A program made the translations under genes and the position numbers. DNA of 64,000 nucleotides, from the IMG/VR virus record IMGVR_UViG_3300037067_017589; one strand, 5' to 3'. This stretch comes from an uncultured virus (IMG/VR IMGVR_UViG_3300037067_017589). Its lineage: Duplodnaviria; Heunggongvirae; Uroviricota; Caudoviricetes. How positions within the stretch are numbered: the stretch's first letter is position 1; the number at the start of each line of letters is the position of its first letter. The notes beneath the pieces are model-generated. The model was not told the origin of the DNA, did not search any database, and was given only the letters and a program-made list of their open reading frames with translations. This document shows, piece by piece, positions 20,710 to 29,657 of the stretch.

Positions 20710-21045
20710 TTATTTGTTTATTTCTGCTTGTTCAGCACAACAAATACAAATAGTTATACCAGGAATTGCTTCTAAACGTTTTATACCAATTTCTTCATCA
20801 CATTCTTCACAAACACCATAACTATCATTATCTATTTGTTCAATAGCTTTTTTAACAGCAATTAATTGTTTTAAATAATTAGCAGAAAGTTTATTTTGCA
20901 CCTTTACCAAAGCATTTGCTTGAATAAAATCTGTTTCATCTCCATCACAATCAATTTCACAATCATAATTATTTAGTGTTTTAATAAGTTTATCTCTTGT
21001 TTCAATATATGTTTTTTTTAAATTATTTTTATCTTTAATTTTCAT
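20710..21045 (-). CDS. DksA/TraR C4 zinc-finger protein
   Basis: GDETD, YGVCEECDEEIGIKRLEAIP...CICC. Confidence 0.92.
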   Translation of the reverse strand: MKIKDKNNLKKTYIETRDKLIKTLNNYDCEIDCDGDETDFIQANALVKVQNKLSANYLKQLIAVKKAIEQIDNDSYGVCEECDEEIGIKRLEAIPGITICICCAEQAEINK

Positions 21046-21161
21046 ATTTAAACCATATAATTCTATTATAAGAAATTCTATTCTAAGAAGAATTATACAT
21101 AGATAATTGAGTTTCTATGCATAGAAAATTCTAAAAATAAATCAGAGTAAAAAATAATATT

Positions 21162-21641
21162 TTATAACTCAGATATATTTTTAATATTATTTAAACGAAT
21201 AACTTCATGTTTTTTTAATTTTGGTTTTGGTATTTTCGAATTTTCATCAATAAGTGAATCAAATTCAACAGATACTAATTCATTATCATTAAATGTAATT
21301 CCATCAATTTCACATGATTTTAAACCACTGCACCAAACAATCCATCCTTGAAATTGGCCTTTATAAGCTTTTATAGTTCTACTTGCTAATTGTTGTGGAG
21401 TAACTGTAACGGATATTTTTTGAATTTCACTAATGCAAGGTCCTTTAACTTCATAATATCCTTGACCTTGACCATCTTCAAAAACAGTTGGTTCAATATT
21501 AAATTCATTAATAAATGAATTTTTAGCTTCAGAAGAAGTATTTGACATAATTGTTTTATATATAATTTTATCATTTTTAATAGCTGCTAAAAAATAAAAT
21601 CTATCACGTGTTTTATGTTTTTTGGAAATTTCTGTATTCAT
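21162..21641 (-). CDS. hypothetical protein
   Basis: 159 aa ORF. Confidence 0.7.
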   Translation of the reverse strand: MNTEISKKHKTRDRFYFLAAIKNDKIIYKTIMSNTSSEAKNSFINEFNIEPTVFEDGQGQGYYEVKGPCISEIQKISVTVTPQQLASRTIKAYKGQFQGWIVWCSGLKSCEIDGITFNDNELVSVEFDSLIDENSKIPKPKLKKHEVIRLNNIKNISEL

Positions 21642-21753
21642 ATTTTTAACTTTCTATTTAATATATTTATAATAAAGATTATTAACAATAATTTAGTTAT
21701 ATTTTTAGTTATTTTTTTTTCGATAAAAAACAATACCAGTATTTTTTTAATTG

Positions 21754-22092
21754 TCAAATTTTATTTTTCTTTTTACGAAAAACTTTATATTTATCTTTAA
21801 GAAGTAATAATAAAGAATTTTGAGGAATAAACTTTATCATTTTTATTTCTTGTAATTTGCGTATCTCACCTGTAAACACATTGTGAGCAAGATGACTTTT
21901 TTGTATATATGGATTAAGAGTTCCAAATCCATTAACAATGATTATTTGATTATTAATCAGATCTTCTACTATATTTTCTATTATTATATTTATAGAATAA
22001 TAGATTTTTTTATAAGTTACAATATTATTCAAGCGTTTTTGAATTTTTTTAGCAATATCTATTCTATGAATTATATTTGATTTGTTTTTCGT
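21754..22092 (-). CDS. HU/IHF-like DNA-binding protein
   Basis: IVNGFGTL, HNVFTGE, IKFIP. The frame extends upstream to an ACG at 22092 behind AAGGAG. Confidence 0.82.
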   Translation of the reverse strand, partial: TKNKSNIIHRIDIAKKIQKRLNNIVTYKKIYYSINIIIENIVEDLINNQIIIVNGFGTLNPYIQKSHLAHNVFTGEIRKLQEIKMIKFIPQNSLLLLLKDKYKVFRKKKNKI

Positions 22093-22112
22093 AAAAACTC
22101 CTTTTAATTATA

Positions 22113-22410
22113 GTGAACTACCCTCACCTAAAGGTAAGGGTTTCTTGGATCCCCATGGTTCCAATATATTGAGGATTATCCTCAATAGCCTGTCCCAGGG
22201 CAATAAATGTTTAATAATTAAAATTTTTATTCATTTTTCTAAAAAGATCACATCATATATTTGAATCAATCCTCAAAGAGGCTTTGTGCTAAAAAAAATA
22301 GCACCATATGATCTTCTATTTAGAATATATCAAGAAATTCCTAAAATAAAGAAAAAGTTTAACAACAATTCATTCCTCCCCTAAAGGAAAGGGAATTCTT
22401 GCACGTTAGG
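22113..22410 (-). mobile_element. complete non-autonomous IS200/IS605 derivative (298 bp)
   Basis: TTTAA target motif, left end CCTAACGTGCAAGAA, right end GGTGAGGGTAGTTCAC, no target duplication, no credible ORF. Confidence 0.9.
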
Positions 22411-22433
22411 TTAAAAAGGTTAATATTATATAC

Positions 22434-22607
22434 TTATTTTGGCACTTTCACTCGATTATAATCGATATTCATAATTTTAATCCACCCGTTCTCGTGTCGC
22501 AGTTGTTGCCGACTCTTTTTCCCGGACCCCATGTCCTGTGCATCTGCGTCACGAGAGACTTGCTTCTCATATTGTCGGTCTTGAAATAAAATTGTAAATT
22601 GTTCCAT
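22434..22607 (-). CDS. small hypothetical protein (57 aa) between two IS derivatives
   Basis: GGAG RBS; MEQFTILFQDRQYEKQVSRDADAQDMGSGKKSRQQLRHENGWIKIMNIDYNRVKVPK. Confidence 0.6.
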   Translation of the reverse strand: MEQFTILFQDRQYEKQVSRDADAQDMGSGKKSRQQLRHENGWIKIMNIDYNRVKVPK

Positions 22608-22619
22608 GTTAATCTCCGT

Positions 22620-22851
22620 ATGGTTCCAACATATTAAGGATTATCCTAATTTGATTCGTTTTTCTAAAAAGATCATATTATATATTTGAATCAAGCCTCA
22701 AAGAGACTTTGTGCTAAAAAATAGCACTATATGATCTTCTATTTAGAATATATCAAGATATTCCTAAAATCAAGAAATTCCTAAAATAAAGAAAAAAGTT
22801 TAACAACAATTCATCCCTCACCTAAAGGAAAGGGACTTCTTGCACGTTAGG
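22620..22851 (-). mobile_element. non-autonomous IS200/IS605 derivative, right end lost
   Basis: ATTAA then CCTAACGTGCAAGAAGTCCC left end. Internal deletion and a short duplication relative to the 22113 copy. Confidence 0.85.
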
Positions 22852-22871
22852 TTAATATTTTAATAACAATA

Positions 22872-23303
22872 CTAATAATTTTTCCCCTTTTGCACTCTTC
22901 CCTCTGAATCTCTAGAAACTATTTCATCTTCACCTAATGATTTAACAGCTCTCATAATTAATATATCTTGATCATATGTACCAATTTTTTGAATAAGATC
23001 TCTAATTATCATAGGATTATCTTTAATAGCTAATTTAATTTTTTCTTTTATATTATTAAAATTCTCTGAAATATCTTTTACATCTTCATATTCTTTAATA
23101 GAAGAGTTTTTTCTTCTACGATAAGAATCATCTCCAAAATGATCTAATACAGATATTAATTTTAATCTACGAAGTTTTAAAGTATCAGCTTCATGTAATT
23201 TAATATCAATTTCTGAAATTTCTTCTTTTGCAGAATCAAGTGGATTTATTCCAGTTGCAGTTTTTTCCATAATAAATTTAACTATAAATTCTCCATCACT
23301 CAT
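22872..23303 (-). CDS. hypothetical protein, possible C-terminal winged helix
   Basis: 143 aa with AAGGA RBS. Confidence 0.7.
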   Translation of the reverse strand: MSDGEFIVKFIMEKTATGINPLDSAKEEISEIDIKLHEADTLKLRRLKLISVLDHFGDDSYRRRKNSSIKEYEDVKDISENFNNIKEKIKLAIKDNPMIIRDLIQKIGTYDQDILIMRAVKSLGEDEIVSRDSEGRVQKGKNY

Positions 23304-23336
23304 AATTTTTATCCTTTCAATATTAAAAATACAATA

Positions 23337-23870
23337 TCATTTTTTTTCAAAACCGTCAACCTCAATCATTTCAGAAAGATTATCTAATAATATAGTTGGA
23401 ACTTCACGAGATGATTGCCAAATAACACCTTCTTGAACTAATGTTTCAAATGCTAAAGTTGATTTTAATCGTTCTAATAAACCAACTAATAACCATTTAT
23501 CTTTAGATTTAAATTTTATAAAAATAGAACCTTGATCTTCTACATCTAGAAAATCATATTTATATCCAATAAATAATTCTTCTGAAATTGTATTATCCAT
23601 TTTTTTAAAACCAATTACAAATACAATCTCAAAACTATCATCATTATTACTAAGTAATGTTAATAAACAACATATTAAATTTTCTGAACCAGCTGCTTCT
23701 CCATACCACACTTTAATATATTGAATTTCATCATCATCATTTGATATTTTAAGTTTTATTTTTGTTAATAAATCTTTATGTGTTAGACCAACCTTTTCAA
23801 AAGAAATTGGAGTTGCTCCAATATTTATTGCTATTTTTTTTGCAAGTTCTTTGTTTAATTCAAAATCCAT
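23337..23870 (-). CDS. hypothetical protein
   Basis: 177 aa ORF in operon. Confidence 0.7.
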   Translation of the reverse strand: MDFELNKELAKKIAINIGATPISFEKVGLTHKDLLTKIKLKISNDDDEIQYIKVWYGEAAGSENLICCLLTLLSNNDDSFEIVFVIGFKKMDNTISEELFIGYKYDFLDVEDQGSIFIKFKSKDKWLLVGLLERLKSTLAFETLVQEGVIWQSSREVPTILLDNLSEMIEVDGFEKK

Positions 23871-23873
23871 TAT

Positions 23874-24119
23874 TTACACCTTTAAAGTTCCTACTGATGA
23901 TATAGTTGATAATGTTTGAATTATTGTTGGATTCAATTCAGATTTAGGAATTTGTATTGATTTTTCTGAAATATATAATTCAAAATCAAATTCATCTCCA
24001 TTTTCTTTACGTTTCATTAATTCAATCATTGAAGATTTAGCTTCATCTTTACAAATTCCTAATATTCTATAAGCAATAATAATTGCCGCTAATGATTGAG
24101 AAGTTGGTTTATTTTTCAT
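23874..24119 (-). CDS. hypothetical protein
   Basis: 81 aa ORF in operon. Confidence 0.65.
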   Translation of the reverse strand: MKNKPTSQSLAAIIIAYRILGICKDEAKSSMIELMKRKENGDEFDFELYISEKSIQIPKSELNPTIIQTLSTISSVGTLKV

Positions 24120-24426
24120 TTAATTTATTTACTATTGATTTTTTTGGTTTAAATTTAATAAAAACTTTTCTATTATTTGAAGATGTTTTTGGACTAGATA
24201 CTAGAAAAGTTCCAAATTTTCTAATATCAACAATTTCCCCTCTAAGAATTGCAGATCTTATTTCTTGAAAAAACATGTTAAGTATATCTTGCGATATTTC
24301 TTTTGTCAATCCTGTATAAGCTTGAATTGCATCTGAAATATGAGAAATATCTTTAGTATTAATTGGAGCATGTTTACCAAGATTTAAAAGATATTCATCT
24401 ATTCCTATTAATCCTTCAAATTCCAT
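24109..24426 (-). CDS. HU/IHF-like DNA-binding protein
   Basis: TGLTKE.SQ.IL..FF.EI...ILRGEIVDIRKFGTF, IKFKPKK. Confidence 0.85.
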   Translation of the reverse strand: MEFEGLIGIDEYLLNLGKHAPINTKDISHISDAIQAYTGLTKEISQDILNMFFQEIRSAILRGEIVDIRKFGTFLVSSPKTSSNNRKVFIKFKPKKSIVNKLNEK

Positions 24427-24438
24427 TTTAATTACTTT

Positions 24439-26730
24439 CTATAATATTGAAGCATATTTCATAAATATATCAGTTAAATTACAAATTCTAGAAGTTTTCT
24501 TTTTTAAGAATAGATGTTGTGTTTCAGTTTTAGCAGAGTTGAAATATGATATAATTTCATTTTTTAATTGTTCTATTAATTTCATAATTTGTAAATTAAC
24601 ATAATTGCCAGAATTATGTTCTACAGTTAAACGTTTATATGCTTTTTGAATTTGTTTCAAAGATTTTTCTTTTGCTTCTTGCTCTAATTGTTCTAAATCT
24701 TTTTCTAAAAGTTCAGATTTTGGATCATTATATTTTTTTGCCATAAACGTATAAAAATTATTAACACTTTGTTTAGCTTTTGCTATTTGCACTTTAGCAT
24801 GATTTATCGATTTAACAAGAGAATCTTTATCTTTAGTATCTGGTTTAACAATTGCAGCATCAATTAAACTGTTAATAACTCTACCTAAAGAACTAGTATA
24901 TGAAGCTCTGATAGTTGCTTTTTCTCTTAATTTTGGATTTCTTTTAACAAGTTCTTCTGTTAGTTTAGCTTTATGAGCTAGTAATTGTGGATATAAACCA
25001 GCGTCTTTAATTCCTTTAATATAAGCAGCACGTGCTCTATCATCTATTTCTTTATTTCTTTTTCTTTTGTTAATATTATGATTTGGTGATTGATTTATTG
25101 GATTGATAAAATGTAATCCTCCTTCTTCAGATACATCTGCTTGTGACATTACATCTAATCCAATTTCATTAGCAATTTGTGCCATATTTTTTGATACAAT
25201 ATAGAATTCTTCAAACAAATCATCACTTTTTAAAATTTCAGAATCTAATAACATTATTTCTTGTGCAATTGGTGCTATTTGTGCGTATAATTCTTTTGCC
25301 TCTGATACTATAGATGTAGGAATTTCACGTTCAACACCAATAAAATTTTTAGTTAAATTTCCTAATTCTTTTGATAAATTAGCAAATTTTAATATTTTAT
25401 TAATTATATTAGATTGATTATTTATAGGAATAAGTTTAACAGCATTTGTAACATCATTACTATCTGCAAGATCGTTTACAAGTCCTTGATTTATCCAATC
25501 TTGATCATCAAATTTTAAATTTGCAAAAGGTAATTCTCTATTTCCACCTTTAAAAATAAATTGTTTAATTAAATTTTCAGTTTCTTCAAAAGAAGATGAT
25601 CTTCCAAGTAATTGTTCTGTAAACATTTGTATTAATTGATCTTTATCTTTACTACTTAAATTTTTGGCAAGATTATTTACAATTGAATTTATTTTTTCCC
25701 ATTCTTGATAAGATTTTATTTCTGCGTCAGAATAATTAATATTTTCAGAAAGAGAAATATCTATACCTCTATTTCTTATAAATACTTGTTGTAAACTACG
25801 CCAAGGTGAAGTAAATTTAGTAGGAATATGTTCTTCTATTTTTTGTAAACTTTTTACGAAATCAGAAGCTTTACCTTTGATTTCTTTTGGTAATGTATTA
25901 AATACATCTGTATAATTTTTATATAAAATTTTTGCAGAATATAAAGAAATATTTTTATCTTCTTTTTCACTAATTTGTTTATAAGAATTTTTTATAAACA
26001 AATCCAATTCATACATAGCTAAACCAAGATGTTGAGCTAAATCTGGTAAACGATCTAATTCACGATCAATCAAAATACTTTCATTTGTTTTTTGTATAAT
26101 TCCAATTAAATTAACAAGAATATCATATTTATGAGATAAAGATTCTAAATTATCTTCAGCTGAAGATAATATATTTGTATTAATTTTTTCTGGTATTGGT
26201 AATATTTCTTCTGTTTCATCTTCAAATTTAGGTAAATCATCTAATTCATCATCTTCATCATCTTCTTCTTCATTTTCTTCTTTAGAATGTTCTAATACAA
26301 AATTTTCCCAATCAAAAGAAGGTTTTATTACTTCAAATTCATTTGCTTGTGGTAATGGTTTTTCTTCTTTTTTTGGTTTAATAATAAGTTCACTAGTAGG
26401 TATTTGTTCACTAGTAGGTATTTGTTCACTAGTAGGTATTTGTTCACTAGTAGGTATTTGTTCACTAGTAATACCTTTCATCATATTTTGTAATTCTTCT
26501 AAAATATCTAATTTTTTATTAGGTGTTTGTAATTTAACTGATTGTTGAGATGTTGGTATTTGTTGTTTATATATAGGATTATCAAAACCTTCAAAAAAAT
26601 CTTCATCTGGAATTGGCATTGCAGAATAATCAGGTTCTTCTTGAACTTCTGGTTCGGTACTTAGAGTACTTTTAACACCAAAATCAAAATCATCCAATAC
26701 AGATTTTACACTAATCTTTTTCATATTCAA
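24439..26730 (-). CDS. large hypothetical protein with acidic disordered N-terminus
   Basis: 763 aa, TSEQIP repeats, E/D tract. Confidence 0.75.
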   Translation of the reverse strand: MNMKKISVKSVLDDFDFGVKSTLSTEPEVQEEPDYSAMPIPDEDFFEGFDNPIYKQQIPTSQQSVKLQTPNKKLDILEELQNMMKGITSEQIPTSEQIPTSEQIPTSEQIPTSELIIKPKKEEKPLPQANEFEVIKPSFDWENFVLEHSKEENEEEDDEDDELDDLPKFEDETEEILPIPEKINTNILSSAEDNLESLSHKYDILVNLIGIIQKTNESILIDRELDRLPDLAQHLGLAMYELDLFIKNSYKQISEKEDKNISLYSAKILYKNYTDVFNTLPKEIKGKASDFVKSLQKIEEHIPTKFTSPWRSLQQVFIRNRGIDISLSENINYSDAEIKSYQEWEKINSIVNNLAKNLSSKDKDQLIQMFTEQLLGRSSSFEETENLIKQFIFKGGNRELPFANLKFDDQDWINQGLVNDLADSNDVTNAVKLIPINNQSNIINKILKFANLSKELGNLTKNFIGVEREIPTSIVSEAKELYAQIAPIAQEIMLLDSEILKSDDLFEEFYIVSKNMAQIANEIGLDVMSQADVSEEGGLHFINPINQSPNHNINKRKRNKEIDDRARAAYIKGIKDAGLYPQLLAHKAKLTEELVKRNPKLREKATIRASYTSSLGRVINSLIDAAIVKPDTKDKDSLVKSINHAKVQIAKAKQSVNNFYTFMAKKYNDPKSELLEKDLEQLEQEAKEKSLKQIQKAYKRLTVEHNSGNYVNLQIMKLIEQLKNEIISYFNSAKTETQHLFLKKKTSRICNLTDIFMKYASIL
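26388..26470. repeat. 18-bp coding tandem repeat, about 4.6 copies
   Basis: GTTCACTAGTAGGTATTT units encoding TSEQIP. Confidence 0.95.
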
Positions 26731-26748
26731 ATGCTAAAAATTGCCCAA

Positions 26749-27390
26749 TTATAAATGTACAGAAATTACATTATTCATAATACCATCTTTTATAATTTGT
26801 CCAGATAAAATTCCAGTATTAGAACAATCAGTATTAATATTGCAAGAATGTTTATTATATTTTATTTTTCCATCTTTATTTGGAGTATGTCCACTAATTA
26901 TATAACCAAATCTACCATCATATAATTCATACCATGGAATACCATCACCTGGTATTGGCTTTCCAAATGAATTTAAATTTTTAATATACATTATTTCACT
27001 ATTTGAATCAATATTATTCCAGTTTTGATTTGATGAAATTCCCCCATGTACAACTGTTATTCTATTTTGATTTGAAAATATAAATGAAAGTATCAATGGT
27101 AATTTTGAACACCATTCTAATTCTTTAGTAAATTTTCCCTTTTTTAATAAATGTCTTTGTTCATTACTACCACGTATCATATACGCTAATCCTTGTTCTT
27201 GTAATGCGCAAATTTTGCGTATAATTGATTCTGAAGTTTGAATTTTACTATAAATATTACCAATAGAAACTAAAAATCTAGTTGAACAAATATCTGCTTG
27301 TTCAATTAATTGATCAAAAAGAATTTTATTATTATTAATATCACCAATAATAAACAATTCAGAATTATTTAGTAATTTAATTGTTTGCAT
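26749..27390 (-). CDS. degenerate metallophosphoesterase-fold protein
   Basis: IIGDINNN, SIGNIYSK, IRGSNE, VVHGG, ISGHTP. The fold motifs are present but several metal ligands are substituted. Confidence 0.7.
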   Translation of the reverse strand: MQTIKLLNNSELFIIGDINNNKILFDQLIEQADICSTRFLVSIGNIYSKIQTSESIIRKICALQEQGLAYMIRGSNEQRHLLKKGKFTKELEWCSKLPLILSFIFSNQNRITVVHGGISSNQNWNNIDSNSEIMYIKNLNSFGKPIPGDGIPWYELYDGRFGYIISGHTPNKDGKIKYNKHSCNINTDCSNTGILSGQIIKDGIMNNVISVHL

Positions 27391-27430
27391 TAAGAATCAA
27401 TCTAATTAGTGAATTTTTATGTACATTTAA

Positions 27431-27712
27431 TTATTCCGGATCTAATATTTCTATTCTTTTTCTTTCTATTGAATCTATTAATGCAATAGCAGAATTAATT
27501 TCAATTTTTTGTTTTTCTTCTAAAAATGCACAAAATGAACAAAGTCCAAATAACATATTACCCATTGCTATATGTAAATCTTCTTGAGATTCACCATCAC
27601 TTAAATCATTTAAAGCATCTCTACATAATTTAAATATATCTTTTCTGTTTAAATCTATATAACTTTTAACTACACTTTCAGCTTCGTTCCAAATTGTTTC
27701 AAAATGAACCAT
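27431..27712 (-). CDS. MazG-like helical protein, apparently degenerate
   Basis: MGNMLFGLCSFC...INSAIAL resembles EE(L/I)GDLLF...ID.E.AL. Confidence 0.45.
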   Translation of the reverse strand: MVHFETIWNEAESVVKSYIDLNRKDIFKLCRDALNDLSDGESQEDLHIAMGNMLFGLCSFCAFLEEKQKIEINSAIALIDSIERKRIEILDPE

Positions 27713-27721
27713 ATATACCTA

Positions 27722-27982
27722 TTAACCAGGGGAATTTAAAAGTGAAACACAAGAACCAGATGGTAATAAAAATAATTTTTCACTACCATCTGGTAATATA
27801 TATTTAATTATATATATTAAATTTTCTTCAATTAATTCATCAATAATAAATCTTAAATTATATTTTGTTAGAGCTAATGTAACATCTGAATCTCTATAAT
27901 GTTTTATTTCAGTGGTTTTACAACCATTATTTATATTAATAAAATTAATAATACATTTTTTTAATTCGTCTTTGTTAATCAT
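27722..27982 (-). CDS. hypothetical protein, possible winged helix
   Basis: 86 aa ORF. Confidence 0.6.
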   Translation of the reverse strand: MINKDELKKCIINFININNGCKTTEIKHYRDSDVTLALTKYNLRFIIDELIEENLIYIIKYILPDGSEKLFLLPSGSCVSLLNSPG

Positions 27983-28445
27983 AATTTTCTACTTTATCAC
28001 GTTTGTGATGTTGTAAACAACTAATTTGTATTTCTTCATAACCAGATTTTGATAAGAAAATAGTAAAGAACAAACCATTACGAATTTGCAATTCTCCTGG
28101 ACCTAATACTTCTCCAATATAATAAGTTTTTAAGTCTCGATCTTTCATAGAATGAAGATTAATATTAAATCTACCATTACTTAAAGATATATTTCTTCTT
28201 CTCATTTTTGTACGTATAGGTGATGGTCCGATTTGTAATTGTTCAACACCACTTTCTGAAATAAATACCATAAATGATACTCCTTCAGAAAAATTTAATG
28301 TTCCTGGAAATTGTAATTTTCCAGTATAAAAAGGTTGTTTATCTGAATCTAAATGACGAATTAAATCAATTGTAATTTTAGCTTCAGGATCAATTTGAAA
28401 ATTTTCATCATTATCAGATTTAATATTATAAAAATTACTAGTCAT
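27975..28445 (-). CDS. hypothetical protein with an internal two-fold repeat
   Basis: IDL..HLD..KQPFY.G...PG.L...G..F..F.S.SG.E.LQI occurs twice. Confidence 0.7.
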   Translation of the reverse strand: MTSNFYNIKSDNDENFQIDPEAKITIDLIRHLDSDKQPFYTGKLQFPGTLNFSEGVSFMVFISESGVEQLQIGPSPIRTKMRRRNISLSNGRFNINLHSMKDRDLKTYYIGEVLGPGELQIRNGLFFTIFLSKSGYEEIQISCLQHHKRDKVENYD

Positions 28446-28800
28446 GTTTTATATCCTGTTTTAAATGTAATGAATTTATTAATTTATTTAATTTTGTTTT
28501 ATTTATATAAGAGCGATAAATTCCATATGAACAGTTTATTATAATTAATTCTGTATCTTCTTTTTTTGAAATTCCGCCATTACGACCAACTTTAATTTCA
28601 TATTCTTTAATAATATTATCTTTTATTAATTTAGAAATTATTTGTTCAAAACGATATAATTCTAATTCTGATTTTGCCCTTTCTTCAAATTTTGAAAAAA
28701 TATATGATCTCTTTATTGTTTTACCATTAATACATAATTCTTGTAAAACAGATTTAAGAATATTTATTTGATCATTTGATAATATATAATTTTTTTGCAT
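28438..28800 (-). CDS. hypothetical protein, possible winged helix
   Basis: 120 aa, KVGRNGGI wing-like motif. Confidence 0.6.
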   Translation of the reverse strand: MQKNYILSNDQINILKSVLQELCINGKTIKRSYIFSKFEERAKSELELYRFEQIISKLIKDNIIKEYEIKVGRNGGISKKEDTELIIINCSYGIYRSYINKTKLNKLINSLHLKQDIKHD

Positions 28801-28802
28801 AA

Positions 28803-29591
28803 TTAAGTTAAATCACGTTCTGGTCTAAAAATATCACTTCCAGTATTTAATATTGTTGCCAATCTAGTTTTATCATCTGAAAATAATGGTGTTTCAAAAT
28901 CAACTATCCATTTGTGTTTTGTAATTTGACCATGTTGAGTATTTAATAATTGTGGCACAAGGTATGTTGATACGCCACGTCTAAATGATGTTGGATAAGA
29001 ATTAAAATTTATACCAGCATCTTCTATAATTTTTTTTCTTTCTTCTATATTTTTATCTGCTAAAAGTTCATCTGTTTGTTTTCCATATTTAGAATATAAA
29101 GTTTCATATACTGCATATTTCATACAATAAAATTGTTTATATAATATATAATTAACAGCTTCATTTATATCTGGTACTGCAAATGTATGTGCTTTAAAAG
29201 TAATTATACCATCTAATTTTGGACGATCATTCATTCCCCAAAAATTAGTTAAAAATTCATATGATGTAAGTGAAGATGCTACAGAAGATATTTTTTGTAT
29301 ATTATTACCAAACCAAGGTTCAGTATCTAATGTTTTGTCATTTTTTAAAATAATTATTATTTTATCACTATATTGATAACCAAAAACAGCTCCATCAATT
29401 TGTTTAGCTATTGATAACATTGTTTTATTAAATAATGCCATAGTTTTATGACAAAATGGTTTTGGTATATTATGAGAAACACTTGAAAAAGATCTGGCAT
29501 CAATTTTAATTATTACAGGAATTCTACCAATAATACTATAATTATAAGCGTTTTCATATAAATTTTGTCTATATTGTAATTGAGCCATCAA
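28803..29591 (-). CDS. Thg1-like tRNA(His) guanylyltransferase / 3'-5' polymerase family, divergent
   Basis: PVIIKIDARSF, KPF, YQYSDKI, WFGNNIQKISSV.SS, GINFN..P..FRRG. Confidence 0.85.
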   Translation of the reverse strand: MMAQLQYRQNLYENAYNYSIIGRIPVIIKIDARSFSSVSHNIPKPFCHKTMALFNKTMLSIAKQIDGAVFGYQYSDKIIIILKNDKTLDTEPWFGNNIQKISSVASSLTSYEFLTNFWGMNDRPKLDGIITFKAHTFAVPDINEAVNYILYKQFYCMKYAVYETLYSKYGKQTDELLADKNIEERKKIIEDAGINFNSYPTSFRRGVSTYLVPQLLNTQHGQITKHKWIVDFETPLFSDDKTRLATILNTGSDIFRPERDLT

Positions 29592-29657
29592 TTCTCCATT
29601 TATATATTATTTCTAATGTAATATATACACCTACAATTTTAGTAATTGTTTTTATTT

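Noticed and set aside
21112..21127. Palindrome TTTCTATGCATAGAAA upstream of the DksA/TraR gene
   Set aside because: Single AT-rich instance; no second site was found to support an operator.
26388..26470. 18-bp repeat as a mini-CRISPR or IS end (contains GTTCAC)
   Set aside because: No spacers; it is an in-frame TSEQIP repeat.
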